This document shows positions 40,094 to 53,130 of a stretch of DNA of 64,000 nucleotides, in pieces. The stretch is taken from the NCBI GenBank assembly GCA_905331295.1, contig CAJNYD010000007.1, forward strand, positions 40,938 through 104,937, given 5' to 3'. The DNA is from Rotaria socialis. Lineage: Eukaryota. Positions within the stretch are counted from its first letter, which is position 1. Each line of letters starts with the position of its first letter. Both the position numbers and the translations under genes were made by a program. The notes beneath the pieces were generated by a model that saw nothing but the letters and a program-made list of their open reading frames with translations, did no database searches and had not been told where the DNA came from.

Positions 40094-43000
40094 ATGAAAA
40101 TGCGAACAATAGATATGTGCTTCTATCACCGACGATTCTTCTTTATAATTTTATTGTTTCTATGGGAATTGACAAGTTACTGTCAAGGTATTGTACAAAT
40201 TCTTTTTTTGCTTAATCTTTTCAAAGAGTTCAGGTTAGAATAATAAAAATAATAAGAGTGTTAACTTCATTTAACATATAGATGTGGACTGAAGTGATTT
40301 AGTGGCAATCAGCATTTGTTTTCATTGAGTGAATGCATGTAAAAACAAGGTCAAAAAGGAATAGAGGGGCATTGATAATGAATCAATATAAAATTGAACT
40401 AATGTTGTTTTTCACAGATGCGATAGAATCAAGTTTAATGAAACCTTTTACTTTTTTTTCTTCTTCTTCATATCATTTCAGGTTATTGGATTCGTGATCT
40501 TTCGTTTTGTCCACGTAAACGTGAAGTAGCTCGACAACGGCAATGTTTTAAATCATGTTTTGATGATAGTGATTGTCGAAGTCGCTATCGTTCATGTGTA
40601 TGTGATTATGATTGTGGAATGTCATGTGTTAAACGAGGTGATTTGCTGTTTCCTGTTCCCCCACTCCATTTTTTTATTAATCTATTGTATTACAATATAT
40701 ATATATATAGGCATTAGTTGTCCTTTTTTAACTCCTCCTGAACATGGTCATATAACGTATTCGAATGGCAACAAATTTAGCTCACGCGCTGCCTATGAAT
40801 GTCATGCAGGTTATGTGCTTGAAGGTTCGAAATATCGTTATTGTCAAGGTGATATGTGGTGGGGACCGTCCGATGTAATACCATATTGTGCTAAGGAAGG
40901 TAAAAATTAATTGAATATTGAACTTGAAAAATATGTGATACGAAAGTATGATTAATGAATGAAGTTCATCAAGAGTCAGGTTGATGACCTTCTAATTATT
41001 CATAGTGTCTCGATTGTTGAATCTGATTTGGTTATGTTTTTCATTCTTTGTATATGTATTAAAGTTCAAGAGGATTGCGTGCATGCTTATGAGTATCAAG
41101 ATGAGTATAAGACATTGTTGTCATCGTATTATATACATAGAAAGTCTAGACTTGTTGTACTGTTGTTCAATGAATTAGAGAAAATTATGACATAATTAGG
41201 GAGTTGCATACTATAAATTTGATCTGATGAATTAATTTACTTCTTTTTCTCTTCTTCCTCCTCTATGTTTTTCAATTGCTAGTATTTTGTGATCGTCCAC
41301 CGGATATAATAAATGCAGTCAATGATGTTCCAAGTACGATTACAACATTTCATGCAGGTTATTCCATTAAATATACTTGTTTAACTGGCTATGTTGGGTA
41401 GGACAGAGAGAGAGAGAGAGAGAAGATGAAAGAGAACTTATTTTTGCGTTGAAATCAATTATAGAACAGGTACAACAATATCTGAATGTACATTTTTGGG
41501 ACAATGGACATTTTCAACGTTAAAGTGCACGCGTAAGTAATGAATTTTTATTGGTTATTATTAATTTGAAAATATAATAGCAATTGATTGTGACTCACCT
41601 GGTATATTACGTAATGGATTTTTAAGTGGTGAACGATTTGATTATCCGAATATTATCGCATTTTTTTGTAATGATGGATATGAACTTATTGGAAAAGATA
41701 CAACACGAGCCTGCCAAGAAAATGGTTTATGGTCGGGAAGTATGCCTGTTTGTCAAAGTAAATAATAGAAGTATTTAATTGAAATTTTAGACTATTCTAT
41801 GATTATTGACTGAGTCAAACATTGAAGAGATCAAATAATGTCTCACCGATGAAAGAAGACCTATTTACTAAAGAGAAAATATTATTTGTTAGAAGTGTAA
41901 AAGGTTGTCAATTTGATGAATGAATGTAACCTACGAAGGACAAGCTTCTCTTTTTGGGTTTCTATCAATAAAGTGGAAGCAAAAATGTATCATTATACAC
42001 TTCCAATTATAGAAGATGAACAAAAAAAAACTAGATTAAATAAAAATCAATGCTGTAAAAAAGAAAAATTTCTTATAGATATTCAATCAGATCAAAATTT
42101 AATCTAAAACTAAACATACTAAATAGATTTTGATTGAAATGTTTTAGAAAAAACATGTGGTGCACTTCCACTAGTTCCTCATAGTGAAGTAATTCAACCG
42201 GATCGAACGACAAATGAAACTATTCAATACATTTGTCAAGATGGATATCAATTAAATGGTTCATCCATACTAAAATGTATTTCATCTCAATGGCAACCAG
42301 CACCACCCAGCTGTGAACGTAAATTTGTTTTTTCCTATTTTCTTGTCTATTTCACACCTTCAAATTTTAGCAATAATATGTGAAGATCCTCAATCGTATT
42401 TTAATGGCCACATTGAACTAATATCAATTAATAGTTCATTGAAATATCTCCTCGATTCAGTAATTACATTTCAATGCCCATCAAATCTAATATTACGAGG
42501 TTCACGTATATCAAAATGTCAAATCAATGGAACTTGGCTACCAAATATTCCAACATGTGAAGGTTCGCGTTTTTTCTTTTCGCATAGGTAACAGCATCTT
42601 TATTGTCCCGTAATAATAGAGCCAGTGTCTTGTTCAATTCCGCCATTACCACAAAATGCGCGCTATATAAATCTTCATTCATTCAAACGAAAAATCAATG
42701 ATGGAAGCCATTTAGAATATATTTGTGAAAATTCTCAATATCGTCAAAAAATAGTTTGTCGACAAGGAAAAATGGTACCACAAAAATTAATGTGTTACAA
42801 TGGTAGAAAAATTATGCCAGAACATGACAACGATTTTTTTTCTCTCTTCTTTTAGATTGTCATGTAAATAATGAAAACATACAATTTTCAAAAACATTTT
42901 ATCGTCATCGAGAAAAGATTGCTTACACATGTCCTAATAATACTTTAGCGTTATCAATTAATGAAACAATTCGTTGTATTAATGGAAATCTTTCCAAGCA

Positions 43001-44362
43001 ACCCATATGCCAATCAAGTAAATTTTTATATGATTCAAGGCAATACTATTGTTTTTTGTATGAATTCCTTTTATTTAGTTCAATGTACTGTACCTCATAT
43101 GCTTTTTCTACGTAATATTATCAATACAACAATACCGTCTGGTACATTATTTGAACTAGGTACATCATTCGTCTATACATGTTCAGAAGATTATCAACCA
43201 ATTATTGAATCAGCAAGAGTTGAATGTTCTGACGATGGAAAATTATCGCATCAACCACATTGTGTACCACGACAATGTAAAGAACATCCACCAATCATAA
43301 CAAATGGTCGAACTATATTCCAATCAACAAGACATGGTTCTATAGCAAAGTATCGTTGTTTTCCAGGCTATAGAATTGATAATAATCACTTATCAAAAGT
43401 AACATGTCAATTTGGACAATGGTTACCTAAACAGCCACCGAAATGTTTACCAGGTAGGAAAATGCTTTTGTTTTGTTAATTCAAAATCTATCGTTCAATT
43501 CTGAGCCATTCCATAATATATAATGTTATTGTGTTTTGGCTCGTCTATTATTGATATAGACTGATAAGCTTTGATGAATTGATGTGCAAATAGTGTGAAT
43601 GACTAAGTGCATGGAAATGTTGTAAAAACAAAAAACAGAAATACAAGTTACTGTTTCTTGCAAGAATAAAGATGAGCTAACAGAGAAATAAAATAATCAT
43701 AGAAGAATTTTGTGTTATATTTTACACGAATATTTTCTAAAAAAAACGTATTCCTATTAAAAACACAGTTTACATAATTATAGCATAATAAAATGTTTGC
43801 TGACATTTTTCTTTCTGATTTGGATTATCAACTTTTTGTTATAGTCAAGATTGAACAGTTAAAACGTGTATTTTTTAGTAGCTATTAGATCTTTTATGAA
43901 CTTAATTCAATAGATTTCAAGTGTTTGGTTAAAAAAAAAGAATTTATTTCGAGAAAAATTTTGTTTTTGTCTTTTAGTCTTTTGTACTAATCCAGGTCCA
44001 CTAATAAACGGACGAATATTTGTCGTTTTGAAAGATGAACGTGTATCAACAGTGCCAATTCGTAGTGAATTCCGTTCTTATATACCAAATGTTGGACATG
44101 GTAGAACGATTGAATTTGAATGTAACATGGGTATGTAGTTCTTTCTAGAATTTATTATTCATATACGATTGTTATGATCTCTCAGGGTACGTTCTTCATG
44201 GCCCCTCGGGTTTAACATGCAACCACGGTCGTTGGATGCCGTCGGAAAGACCACGTTGTATTTTCGGTACCGATGAAATTTTCCTCCTAATTGTTATCTT
44301 GACTTTATTGTTTTTGTTATTTAGAAAATCATGCACATCCAGATATAATCTTTACAGGATGA
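40094..44362 (+). CDS. lev-9: LEV-9/Hasp-like secreted protein, paralog B: signal peptide, WAP domain and about 10 Sushi/CCP domains
   Basis: Signal peptide (RRFFFIILLFLWELTSYCQG), WAP domain CPRK...QCFKSCFDDSDCRS...CVCDYDCGMSCV, then CCP repeats. Ends ENHAHPDIIFTG* (stop 44360-44362). Confidence 0.8.
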
Positions 44363-46088
44363 TGAATTTTTTCTTATTTTTTAGTCAAATGGAGCTGGTC
44401 TTCATACATATCGCTTAGCGGCTTCTCAGTATATAAAAATAAAACATAGACTTTTCTAATTAGCAAAACAAAACTTGTTTTTCATGTGTGAATTATTCTT
44501 TCTCTTTTCTTCTTTTTAAATTAAAAATGATTTTGTTTTTCATTGTTTATAACATTTATAATTATTCAATAAAAGATTGATCAGTCAAGTTCAATAAGGT
44601 TAATGATGAACGTCAATATCACCAATATCTGACGATTATCAAGTATAAACTTTCAAGCTGCGTCAAATAGTTAGTTTCGAACATTTTTATTTATCTGTGG
44701 TTTTAACAATGATGCAAACTCATCGAAATACTCTTATCAAAAAAGATCTACGTCATTATGTAATTTGCACTTCATAAAAATGCCCTATCGCTCGTAACTA
44801 TGCAAGAACCTTGTCATTTTTATTATTCTTTTGCATACCAGTACAATAAAATATTATAATAGTTGCTAATAAAATGAAGAAAAAGAAATAACCTTGGCGC
44901 AGAGAAAAAAAAATCTTTATCGAGATATTTGTCAAAATCATGAGAGAATGGTCGTTAAAAATAAACATAAAAAATATGTTAGAAGCAATAACATAATTAG
45001 TAAATACCGAAACAAAAAAATCTTACATATTTGCGTATATAATATGAGATGAATTGAAATAATATTTTCGAAATTATCCATACAAAAGAAACAAAAGACG
45101 TAAAACGATGCTTTGATATGCATAACATTTGATGCATTTTATCATATGCAACGCTATGTCGTCGTTTATTTGTTTTTCTCTTATCCTTGTGACAACTTGT
45201 CAATGATTTATTTTTGACAGAAATGAAGTTTCTAAAAATAAAAATTGAATGTTTCGATGTTCAGTGAAGCAGATATTTTTCAGCAACGGAGGGGAGGGAG
45301 GTAGTGGCATACAACGATTGTGAAAATTTGTTTTCGTCTTTTTTACCAAAAACTAAAGGACATAATGCATATAGGATATAGAAGCTAGAAAATAAATATC
45401 AAAGGTTCAACTTTAAAGTTTGAAGTCTCATATTTTGCTACAGTAACGTCATGGCAACTCACACCTTCCTCTTGAAAAGCTCAGTATTAGAAAAGATAAC
45501 TGTAGGTAGGACCATAAAACATTTGCAACGGGCATAGAAATATACTGAAGATTAGATTTTTTCTTTCTGCATAAAAAAAATTCGATTGATGAGTTTCGTC
45601 GTAAAAGAGAAAGACCTCGAAAAACGATTAATTATCTCCATTAAATTTTACCACCAAAATAACTATTGCAACAAATACAAAAGAAAATTAAATTCGACTA
45701 TGGATACGAAATCTTTTTTTTACATTTCATTTCTAGCAAGCTTTCTTTTATGCTTTGAGTCTATTCGTTTGACGTTATGAATTAATCATACTTATTAAAC
45801 AACATTATATTCATGTTCGAAGTACGAATCTATGAATATAACCAAAAGTCCAGCGCGTGACTACAACATAACACCAGTTACTCAACAAAACTATGCTAGA
45901 GGAAGAAGAATACGAAAAAAAAAAGTACGAGAAAAAAAGAACGAAAATAATTTTTTATTCTCCTCTACTGACATCGGTCCAGCACTTATACATCCTATAT
46001 AAACTGTAGAGATAAAACGAAAAAAACTTCATATACATAACATTTCAATTAAGTTATACTCCATTGCAACATCATCATCAGCAGCAGC

Positions 46089-47512
46089 ATGAATCCAATA
46101 TTCAACAATACAGGCGGCTTGGACAAAGCCATTCTCAATCGGTATTTAGCATTACCTCAACCTGACAACAAGGTTATGGTTACATACATCTGGATTGATG
46201 GTACCGGAGAGAATGTCCGAGGTAACCTCTCATTATTGGTCGACTTGACCGCATATTCAGTTTCCTAGTTGAATTATTATTCGTTAGCTAAGACTCGAAC
46301 TCTTGATCAGGAACCAAAGTCACCAGCTGATATTCCATGGTGGAATTTCGATGGTTCATCAACTGGACAAGCTGAAGGTTCAAATTCCGATATCTATCTC
46401 AAACCGGTGTCGATCTTCAACGATCCATTTATGCTCGGTAAAAACAAACTTGTCATGTGTGAAACATATAAGTACAATAAAGAACCAACTGGTAAAACAA
46501 TGAAATCTATTTTGTGTCTCATTTCATTTCATTTCATTTCATCTTCTTGTTAAGCAACGAATAAACGAGCTTCATGTGCAGAAGCAATGAAAGCAGTAGC
46601 TGATCAACAACCTTGGTTTGGCATTGAACAAGAATATACACTTCTCGATCGTGATGGATGGCCATTTGGTTGGCCAAAAGGTGGATTTCCACACCCACAA
46701 GGTCCGTTAAAACCGAAAGATGCACACATATAATACACATGATTCTGTTCATTTTTTAGGACCCTACTATTGTGGTGTAGGTGCGTGTGAAGCACTTGGC
46801 CGTGATATCGTAGAAGCTCATTACAAAGCCTGTTTATATACTGGTGTCAACATCAGTGGTACTAATGCTGAAGTCATGCCAGCTCAATGGGAATATCAAG
46901 TTGGTCCAAGTGTAGGCATTGATGCTGGTGATCAACTCTGGATATCTCGTTATTTATTATTACGTATTGCTGAAGAATTTGGTGTCCAAGTTAGTTTCAA
47001 TCCAAAACCAATTCCAGGTGATTGGAATGGTGCTGGATGTCATACAAATTTTTCAACGTTAGCTATGCGTGAACCTAATGGAATTCAGTGAGTAGTTCAA
47101 ATGTAGATTTCCACATGAATGTAGAATCATTTAATTATTTTTAGAGCTATTGATGAAGCTATATCAAAACTTAAACTTCGTCACAAGACACATATCGGTG
47201 TATATGGTAAAGGAAATGAACGTCGATTGACTGGAAGACATGAAACAGCAAATGTAAGTTTAAAAGAGCGACATTTATCTTTCTTTCTCCAAGATATATC
47301 TGAATCGAAATAATTCTATTGTTTAGATCAATCAATTCAATGCCGGTATTGCAAATCGTGGTGCATCCATTCGAATTCCTCGTCAAGTTGGCGAAGATAA
47401 ATGTGGTTATTTGGAAGATCGTCGTCCCGCATCGAACTGTGACCCATATGCTGTGACAGATATCATTGTACGAACTGTATGTCTTAATGAAAAAGATACT
47501 GTAGAAGAATAA
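46089..47512 (+). CDS. GLUL: Glutamine synthetase type II
   Basis: [111 protein letters not shown]-like TATAAA near 45998. Confidence 0.97.
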
Positions 47513-48296
47513 TCGTTATCCGGATAGGAAACCATTCTCTCAAGGATCAGTACTTTTTTTTTCTCTTGTATCTAAACATTCATTCTAGTTAACTTAGATA
47601 AACCAATATAGCAGTTGTTTTTATAGAGGTCAATACTCTTTGGCCTTTTGTTAGTTTTCAATTCGAATGTTTTCTCGTCTTTGTACATCTATTTGCGCGT
47701 ACAAAAAATATTTTATGCGATCGTAATAAAATTTTTATTTTTTCGATTGTGCCATTATGTTGCTTGTGAAAATAAAGTGAATTTGTAATGGTCATCAACT
47801 AAGTATTGTGTTTTGATTCACAGTCAATGACAAAATTTAACATCTGACACCATTTCTTTTTTGTTATGCAAATTGTTTTCATTGAGCAGAACAAAACACG
47901 AATTTATCAAGAAAAATATTCGAAAAAGTTCGACCTGCTGCTCGTTCTCTCTAGAAAAACGACAAAGGCAATACAATACTATTATTGATATCGAGGTCAC
48001 AAATACTGTTTCGTTCTTTTTGTTATTATATATGCAGTAGCATTTAATGTTAGGGGTGTTCATTTATATTTATTGATCTTTATAATAACGAGTAAATATA
48101 AATAAAATGCTTATAGTTACTTGTAAAATAAAGATAAATATTTTATTTATATTTAAAAAATAAAGATTAATAAATTTGAAAATATTTATTATTTGAAAAA
48201 TAAAGATAAATAAATCAGATAATTTGGAAAAATAAGTATAAAGTAAATATAAAGTTAGCAATTTTTCTATGAGCGACAAAGAAGCAAATGCCTGAT

Positions 48297-49291
48297 CAAG
48301 GCTGCCAGATGTTCAGGTCCCAGATGGAGTACATGTCGGCAGTATTTCTAATAGGATTTCGAAGCACTGTGTACATGTACACCCTACTAAGCCAAAAATT
48401 TTATTTTCAGAGTGTACTTCATAGGAAAACAAAGTGTATTCTGAAAAATAGAGTGTACGTACACTTTGTTCTGCTGGAGTACACTAATCATTAAAAACAC
48501 TGCATGTCGGGTACAACTCAGTTGTAAATGGGGTACACTCGTGGGGTACGCAGTTTACATCTTTCAAGCTACTCATCAGCGACGGAAATCAGTTTCGAAA
48601 ACTACTTTCAATCTGGAAAGGGCATTCTCAGTTTTTCTTTTTACTCTAAAGACTAGCTTTCAAATTGAAATCTTTATTTTCTCATAAATATGTTCACAAT
48701 AAAATTTCATTTTGACATACATATATTCAATTCAATCATAATAAAACAATGCCTACTTGGGGATGGTGTAGTGACTCTATGCATCTGAATTCAGAGATCA
48801 GAAGGTTCGATTCCTTCCCCCAGCACGGTGGTGGTGTCATTAGCGTAATGGTGCACGGTATTGGTGGAGAAGGTGACCAATCACTTTAATATATATGTCG
48901 ATCTTAATTAATGATCGTTACCCTCTGTTAGGGTGTATTCTACTATAACATATATACCTCGATTCGATCTATTTCTTTTCTTTTGTCTTTTCGTTTTTCT
49001 CTATTTTTCTTGTCCTTGTTTTCGCGTGCGTATATAAACGTTTGTTTTCTAACAGAATAAACAGAGAGAATAAACATGACCATTAGCAGCCAACCAATAT
49101 AATTCACGCTTCACATCTTTACCAATAGTAAATGTCGGATAAAGAGACAGAAATTTTCTGCATTTCAACCACAATATGGATGATAGTAGTCGTAACATTG
49201 AAAAATGCAGATGGAATACAAAATGTGTACCTCAGAAGTACAATTTTTTTTAGGTACAAAAAGCTCAAATGGGGTACGGCTGGTAGTCCTG
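48297..49291. mobile_element. Non-autonomous hAT-superfamily DNA transposon (995 bp)
   Basis: Perfect 8-bp target-site duplication TGCCTGAT at 48289-48296 and 49292-49299. Imperfect 12-bp TIRs CAAGGCTGCCAG / CTGGTAGTCCTG (9 of 12). Repeated subterminal GTAC(A)-containing motifs at both ends. No transposase ORF. Confidence 0.85.
48756..48825 (+). repeat. tRNA-like Pol III cassette inside the hAT element
   Basis: A-box-like TGGTGTAGTGA, B-box GGTTCGATTCC, perfect T-arm GAAGG-TTCGATT-CCTTC and a partial acceptor stem (TGGGG/CCCCA). The central region is non-canonical. Confidence 0.65.
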
Positions 49292-49394
49292 TGCCTGATA
49301 TAATATAATAGAACGGGTTAATTGGAACAAGTTCATTCAAAAAGCGCTGTTACAAAATATATTTCGTGTACAAAACAGAGGTCTTTAGCGGCAA

Positions 49395-50672
49395 TAGACA
49401 AAAAAAATCAAGCGGTGAGATAAATGTTCATTTCAAGCGGGAAAATACCGTTCAGGTCAAAAATGAATTCTTTTCCCGTTCTGTCTATAACAGAAGACAC
49501 TCTATATAAGTATAAGTCAGCGTGTGTATACTAAATTCATATCGAGTACTTTTGTCGTCGCTGTTCAGAAAAGATATCCGTGCATATACAACATATTTCA
49601 TGTTATACAGAACTTTACAAACACCAAATATGAGTAGTTTTCATTTTCATTCTTCATATTCCTTCTTTCCCAACGATTCATGGAAAACAAATTTCTTCTC
49701 AGCTCTTTGAAATTCGTCACGCATCACCACAAAACTATGAAAACTTTCGCTTATATCGTCAATGATTTACGGCATCCCATCTTCATGCAAATTTACCCAT
49801 CATTGTTTCAACCAAAGTCAACCATAATCTAACCGACTGTAAATTTTCCCAACATCCTTAGTACCTCCCTAGTTGAACTTTTTTATTCATAAGCTTGTAA
49901 GACTTGAGCTCAATATGTGTCCATAGCGCATGACTTTCTTGCTCAAGACGAGCGCTTCAATGTTTGCATGAGTTCCAAAAAAATGCAACTCTAAATTTTT
50001 ATTAAAAGGTGAGTTATTGTGAATGTAAAATTGAAAAAAAGTTGAAAAGGTTCTTTAATAACAGAAACGCTTAGAAAAAAATTCAAGCGCATGAACAACA
50101 AATTTAAGAACTTGAGCTCACCGAAAGGGCTCATGTCTTGCCTCCAGATGTGTCCATAGTTCTTGACTTTCTTGATCAAGAAAGTCAAGAATTGCATACG
50201 CTTGCAAAAAAAACGTTCGACTAGGGCGTGCAAATTCCTTTTTCTCTTATTGCGAATACCTGTACGTTCATTTCAATTACATACGAACGCATTTTTCTCT
50301 ATAGGAAAAATGATGTTTCATTTATCTGAACTATTTTTCCCATTGAGTTTTTCATTTTCCCGTCGCAAACTCATTTTTCTGCTAGCGAATAGACATATTC
50401 TTACTAAAGATCATTCACAATATCATTTTTCTTCTATGGGAAAAATGATGTTTCATTTATCGGAACTATTTTTCCCATGGAGTTTTTCATTTTCCCGCTG
50501 CAAACTCATTTTTACAGTGGTTTGACGTTATTGGGGAAATGGGATATTTTCGTACTGTTTTTTTATTTAGTGGATGTATCGTAAGTTTAGTTTTTAAGCA
50601 TTTTTGACCTGAACGTCATTTTCCCGTTTGAAACGAGCATTATGTCACCGATCTAATATTTGTCTAATCCTC
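49395..50672. mobile_element. Degenerate long-TIR DNA transposon remnant
   Basis: 49413-49465 is an imperfect reverse complement of 50599-50650, extending outward to TAGACAAA/TTTGTCTA. Internal direct duplication of about 85 bp (about 50295-50378 and 50430-50513). TSD not identified. Confidence 0.7.
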
Positions 50673-51933
50673 TCATCATCATGCCAAAATATGCATGTAG
50701 AATATAAAGCGATAAATAATGAGTGATTGATGATTAATTCGTATGAAAAAAAAAACAGTTTGATTTGTTTACAATCAAATATATATCATGTATTCATATA
50801 AATAGTTTTGACTCTCGAATGCCCTTCTGATGTTTTTTGACATCACCATTTTGGATCTATTTTTGATGCATGCAGTGTAAAAGAATATCATTGCGAATAC
50901 TCGTGTTAGGTATGTGTGAACTTTAAAACGTTTCATCCAAAATTCTAAATATTGCTATGGGTTATATGTGCAAACTAGTAATATTTTTTTCCATATCGTC
51001 AAGCGTCAACCTGTTTCTATATGTTCTATTCTAGATGTTCGAATAGGAGTTTGTTTTGCTATTACACTTCATACTACTCTTGATCGTCTCGGGCTATAGA
51101 GTAGCAGTTCGGTATATTCATCTATGTTTGACTCTTTTATTTTGTCTGCACCATCAACGTGTGGAATATCAAGTCGATCAGTATGATGTCATCGTCATCT
51201 AGATTTTTAGTCAGAGAAGAATCGATACTGAGATTTTTGATATTTTCTCTTATCGTAAAATAATAACATGATGAATTGAATAATAATGTTGGTTGGTTGA
51301 AATCGTATTGCAAAAGAAAAACAATATTGTTTTTCTTTTACTTGTGTTTATATCTGTTAGGTTAAATAGTCAGAGAAGTTTAGTTTATTCTTTCTTCGAT
51401 AGCAACAGTAGGATCGTGATGATTGTACCAAAATCGATTTGTAAACAAGTTAAGTGCAGTTATGGAGTTTTTCTTCTTATCTGACATCATGCCATTACTG
51501 AAAAATAACTGTCACTGTCATAAGTTTGAGATAGTGCCATTTCTCAAGTTATTGTGTACTTCCTATCAGAGGCCGAAACGAATGACAAACGTGCCATTCT
51601 ATTGGATTCGACTCAAATTGGGCTTACAAAACATGGTATTCACTATTACATAGTATTGTTGTTTTCAGACTGTCATCTTTTTAGAATGAGAATAGTCTGT
51701 CAATCTTCTATAGAAATATGTTGAATACATATAATTTATCAATATATACACAAGAATTATTCATTTTTTCAAAAAAGAATACATAAAATATAAATTAGTG
51801 AACACATCTAAGTAGGGTAATTAAATAAGTTTATTTTCTCTAGAACAGAGAAAAATAATGTCATTTACTGTATATGGATCTATATTTACAGTTGACCGTA
51901 GTCATACTTAATAAATAAAGAGGTTGATATCAA

Positions 51934-52101
51934 GACCGCAATCGCACTGGAAATGTGAATAAAGTTAAAGTCTTATAAAGTAATATAATAGATGCATTAA
52001 GAGTTAAAATCACCTCTAAAGTATTACTTAACTCTTAATGCACCAATCACATGGCTTAATCCAACTATAATGTTAATTTACTTCTCAGTGTGATTGGGGC
52101 C
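51934..52101. mobile_element. Tourist/PIF-Harbinger-like MITE (168 bp)
   Basis: The right end read in reverse is GGCCCCAATCACACTG; the left end is GACCGCAATCGCACTG. Flanks are CAA/TAA (degenerate TAA TSD). Internal perfect 15-bp inverted repeat at 51993-52007 / 52028-52042. Confidence 0.6.
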
Positions 52102-52499
52102 TAAATTGACTAACGAAAAAAAAAGAAGAAACAAACGAACGAAAGACGGAACGCTCGTTGTAAGTGAGCATTTCTTATACCAATCAAAATGCATTGGACC
52201 ATGATACCGATATGAACAGAACAAGGATGACCATTAAATAAGCACGACTGACAGAAACAAAGAAAGAGAAACAGTGGACGTCCTTTTTCATTCGTCATCT
52301 CTTATACTAGTCAACTGCCCTCGGCCATAACACCAGAGCAAAGAAAATGACTTTGAATAGCCGAATGAAACCGAAAAAAAATGAATCGATTCGATTTCGG
52401 TCTCTGGTATAGACTAGTCAGCTGTGAATACAGAATTTTTACATTTTGGTTGTGATAATTCTGCCATCCTTCAGACTAGTAGATTGATATCAAACATTT

Positions 52500-53130
52500 A
52501 TATCGTCATCATTCAGAATGGATATCCGTGCCTCCACAACATGTTTCATGCTATGCAAAAATTTCCAAACACCAAATAACACTTTCATTTTTCATTTTTC
52601 CATTCTTTCTTTCGAAAGGAGTTCTTCAAAACAAATTGTTTAGGAATTCTTTGATATTCTTCACGTAACATCGTACAAACAATGGCAAATCTTCCTTCGA
52701 GAGTGAACAATTTTCGCTATCTCATCTTGACGCATATATTCAGATCATTTTTCTTACAAAAATGAATAATATTCTAATCCATTTTAATTTTTTCCTGCAG
52801 CCTGAGTATATTGTGCAGATTCATCATTTTCGCCTACGACTATATATGTATGATCATCTTGGATCACAAACGAAAGAATTTTTCCTCTATTGGATGTTTG
52901 CTATGCCATTTATCGAAAGTATTTTTCCCGTTGCTTTTTTAATATTATTCCCGTGGAAATGAATGATTCCGGTGCTGTGAGGTTATTGTTCGTAGGAAAT
53001 ATGTTGGTTAGTCTTTCTATTTTCGAGGTATTTATAGTTGCATAGTTGTTAAGGTATTTTTGACATGATCGTCATTTTTCCTCTTGAAAGAATCATTTAT
53101 GTCACCAATCAAATATTTGTCTAATCCTCT
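52500..53130. mobile_element. Second, partial copy of the long-TIR element family at 49395-50672
   Basis: 53056-53130 aligns with the right terminus at 50600-50672 (TTATGTCACC...ATATTTGTCTAATCCTCT). 52520-52610 aligns with 49572-49670 (GATATCCGTGC, ACAACAT.TTTCATG, CAAACACCAAATA). Confidence 0.6.

Noticed and set aside
48756..48825. Functional tRNA with a UCA anticodon (Sec or opal suppressor), since the loop contains TTCAGA
   Set aside because: The putative anticodon loop is 9 nt, its 3' stem strand overlaps the T-stem, there is no variable arm, and it lies inside a transposon. Better explained as a tRNA-derived repeat.
50163..50525. 120-aa ORF with an internal repeat
   Set aside because: The peptide repeat comes from a DNA direct duplication inside a transposon remnant. 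No recognisable domain.
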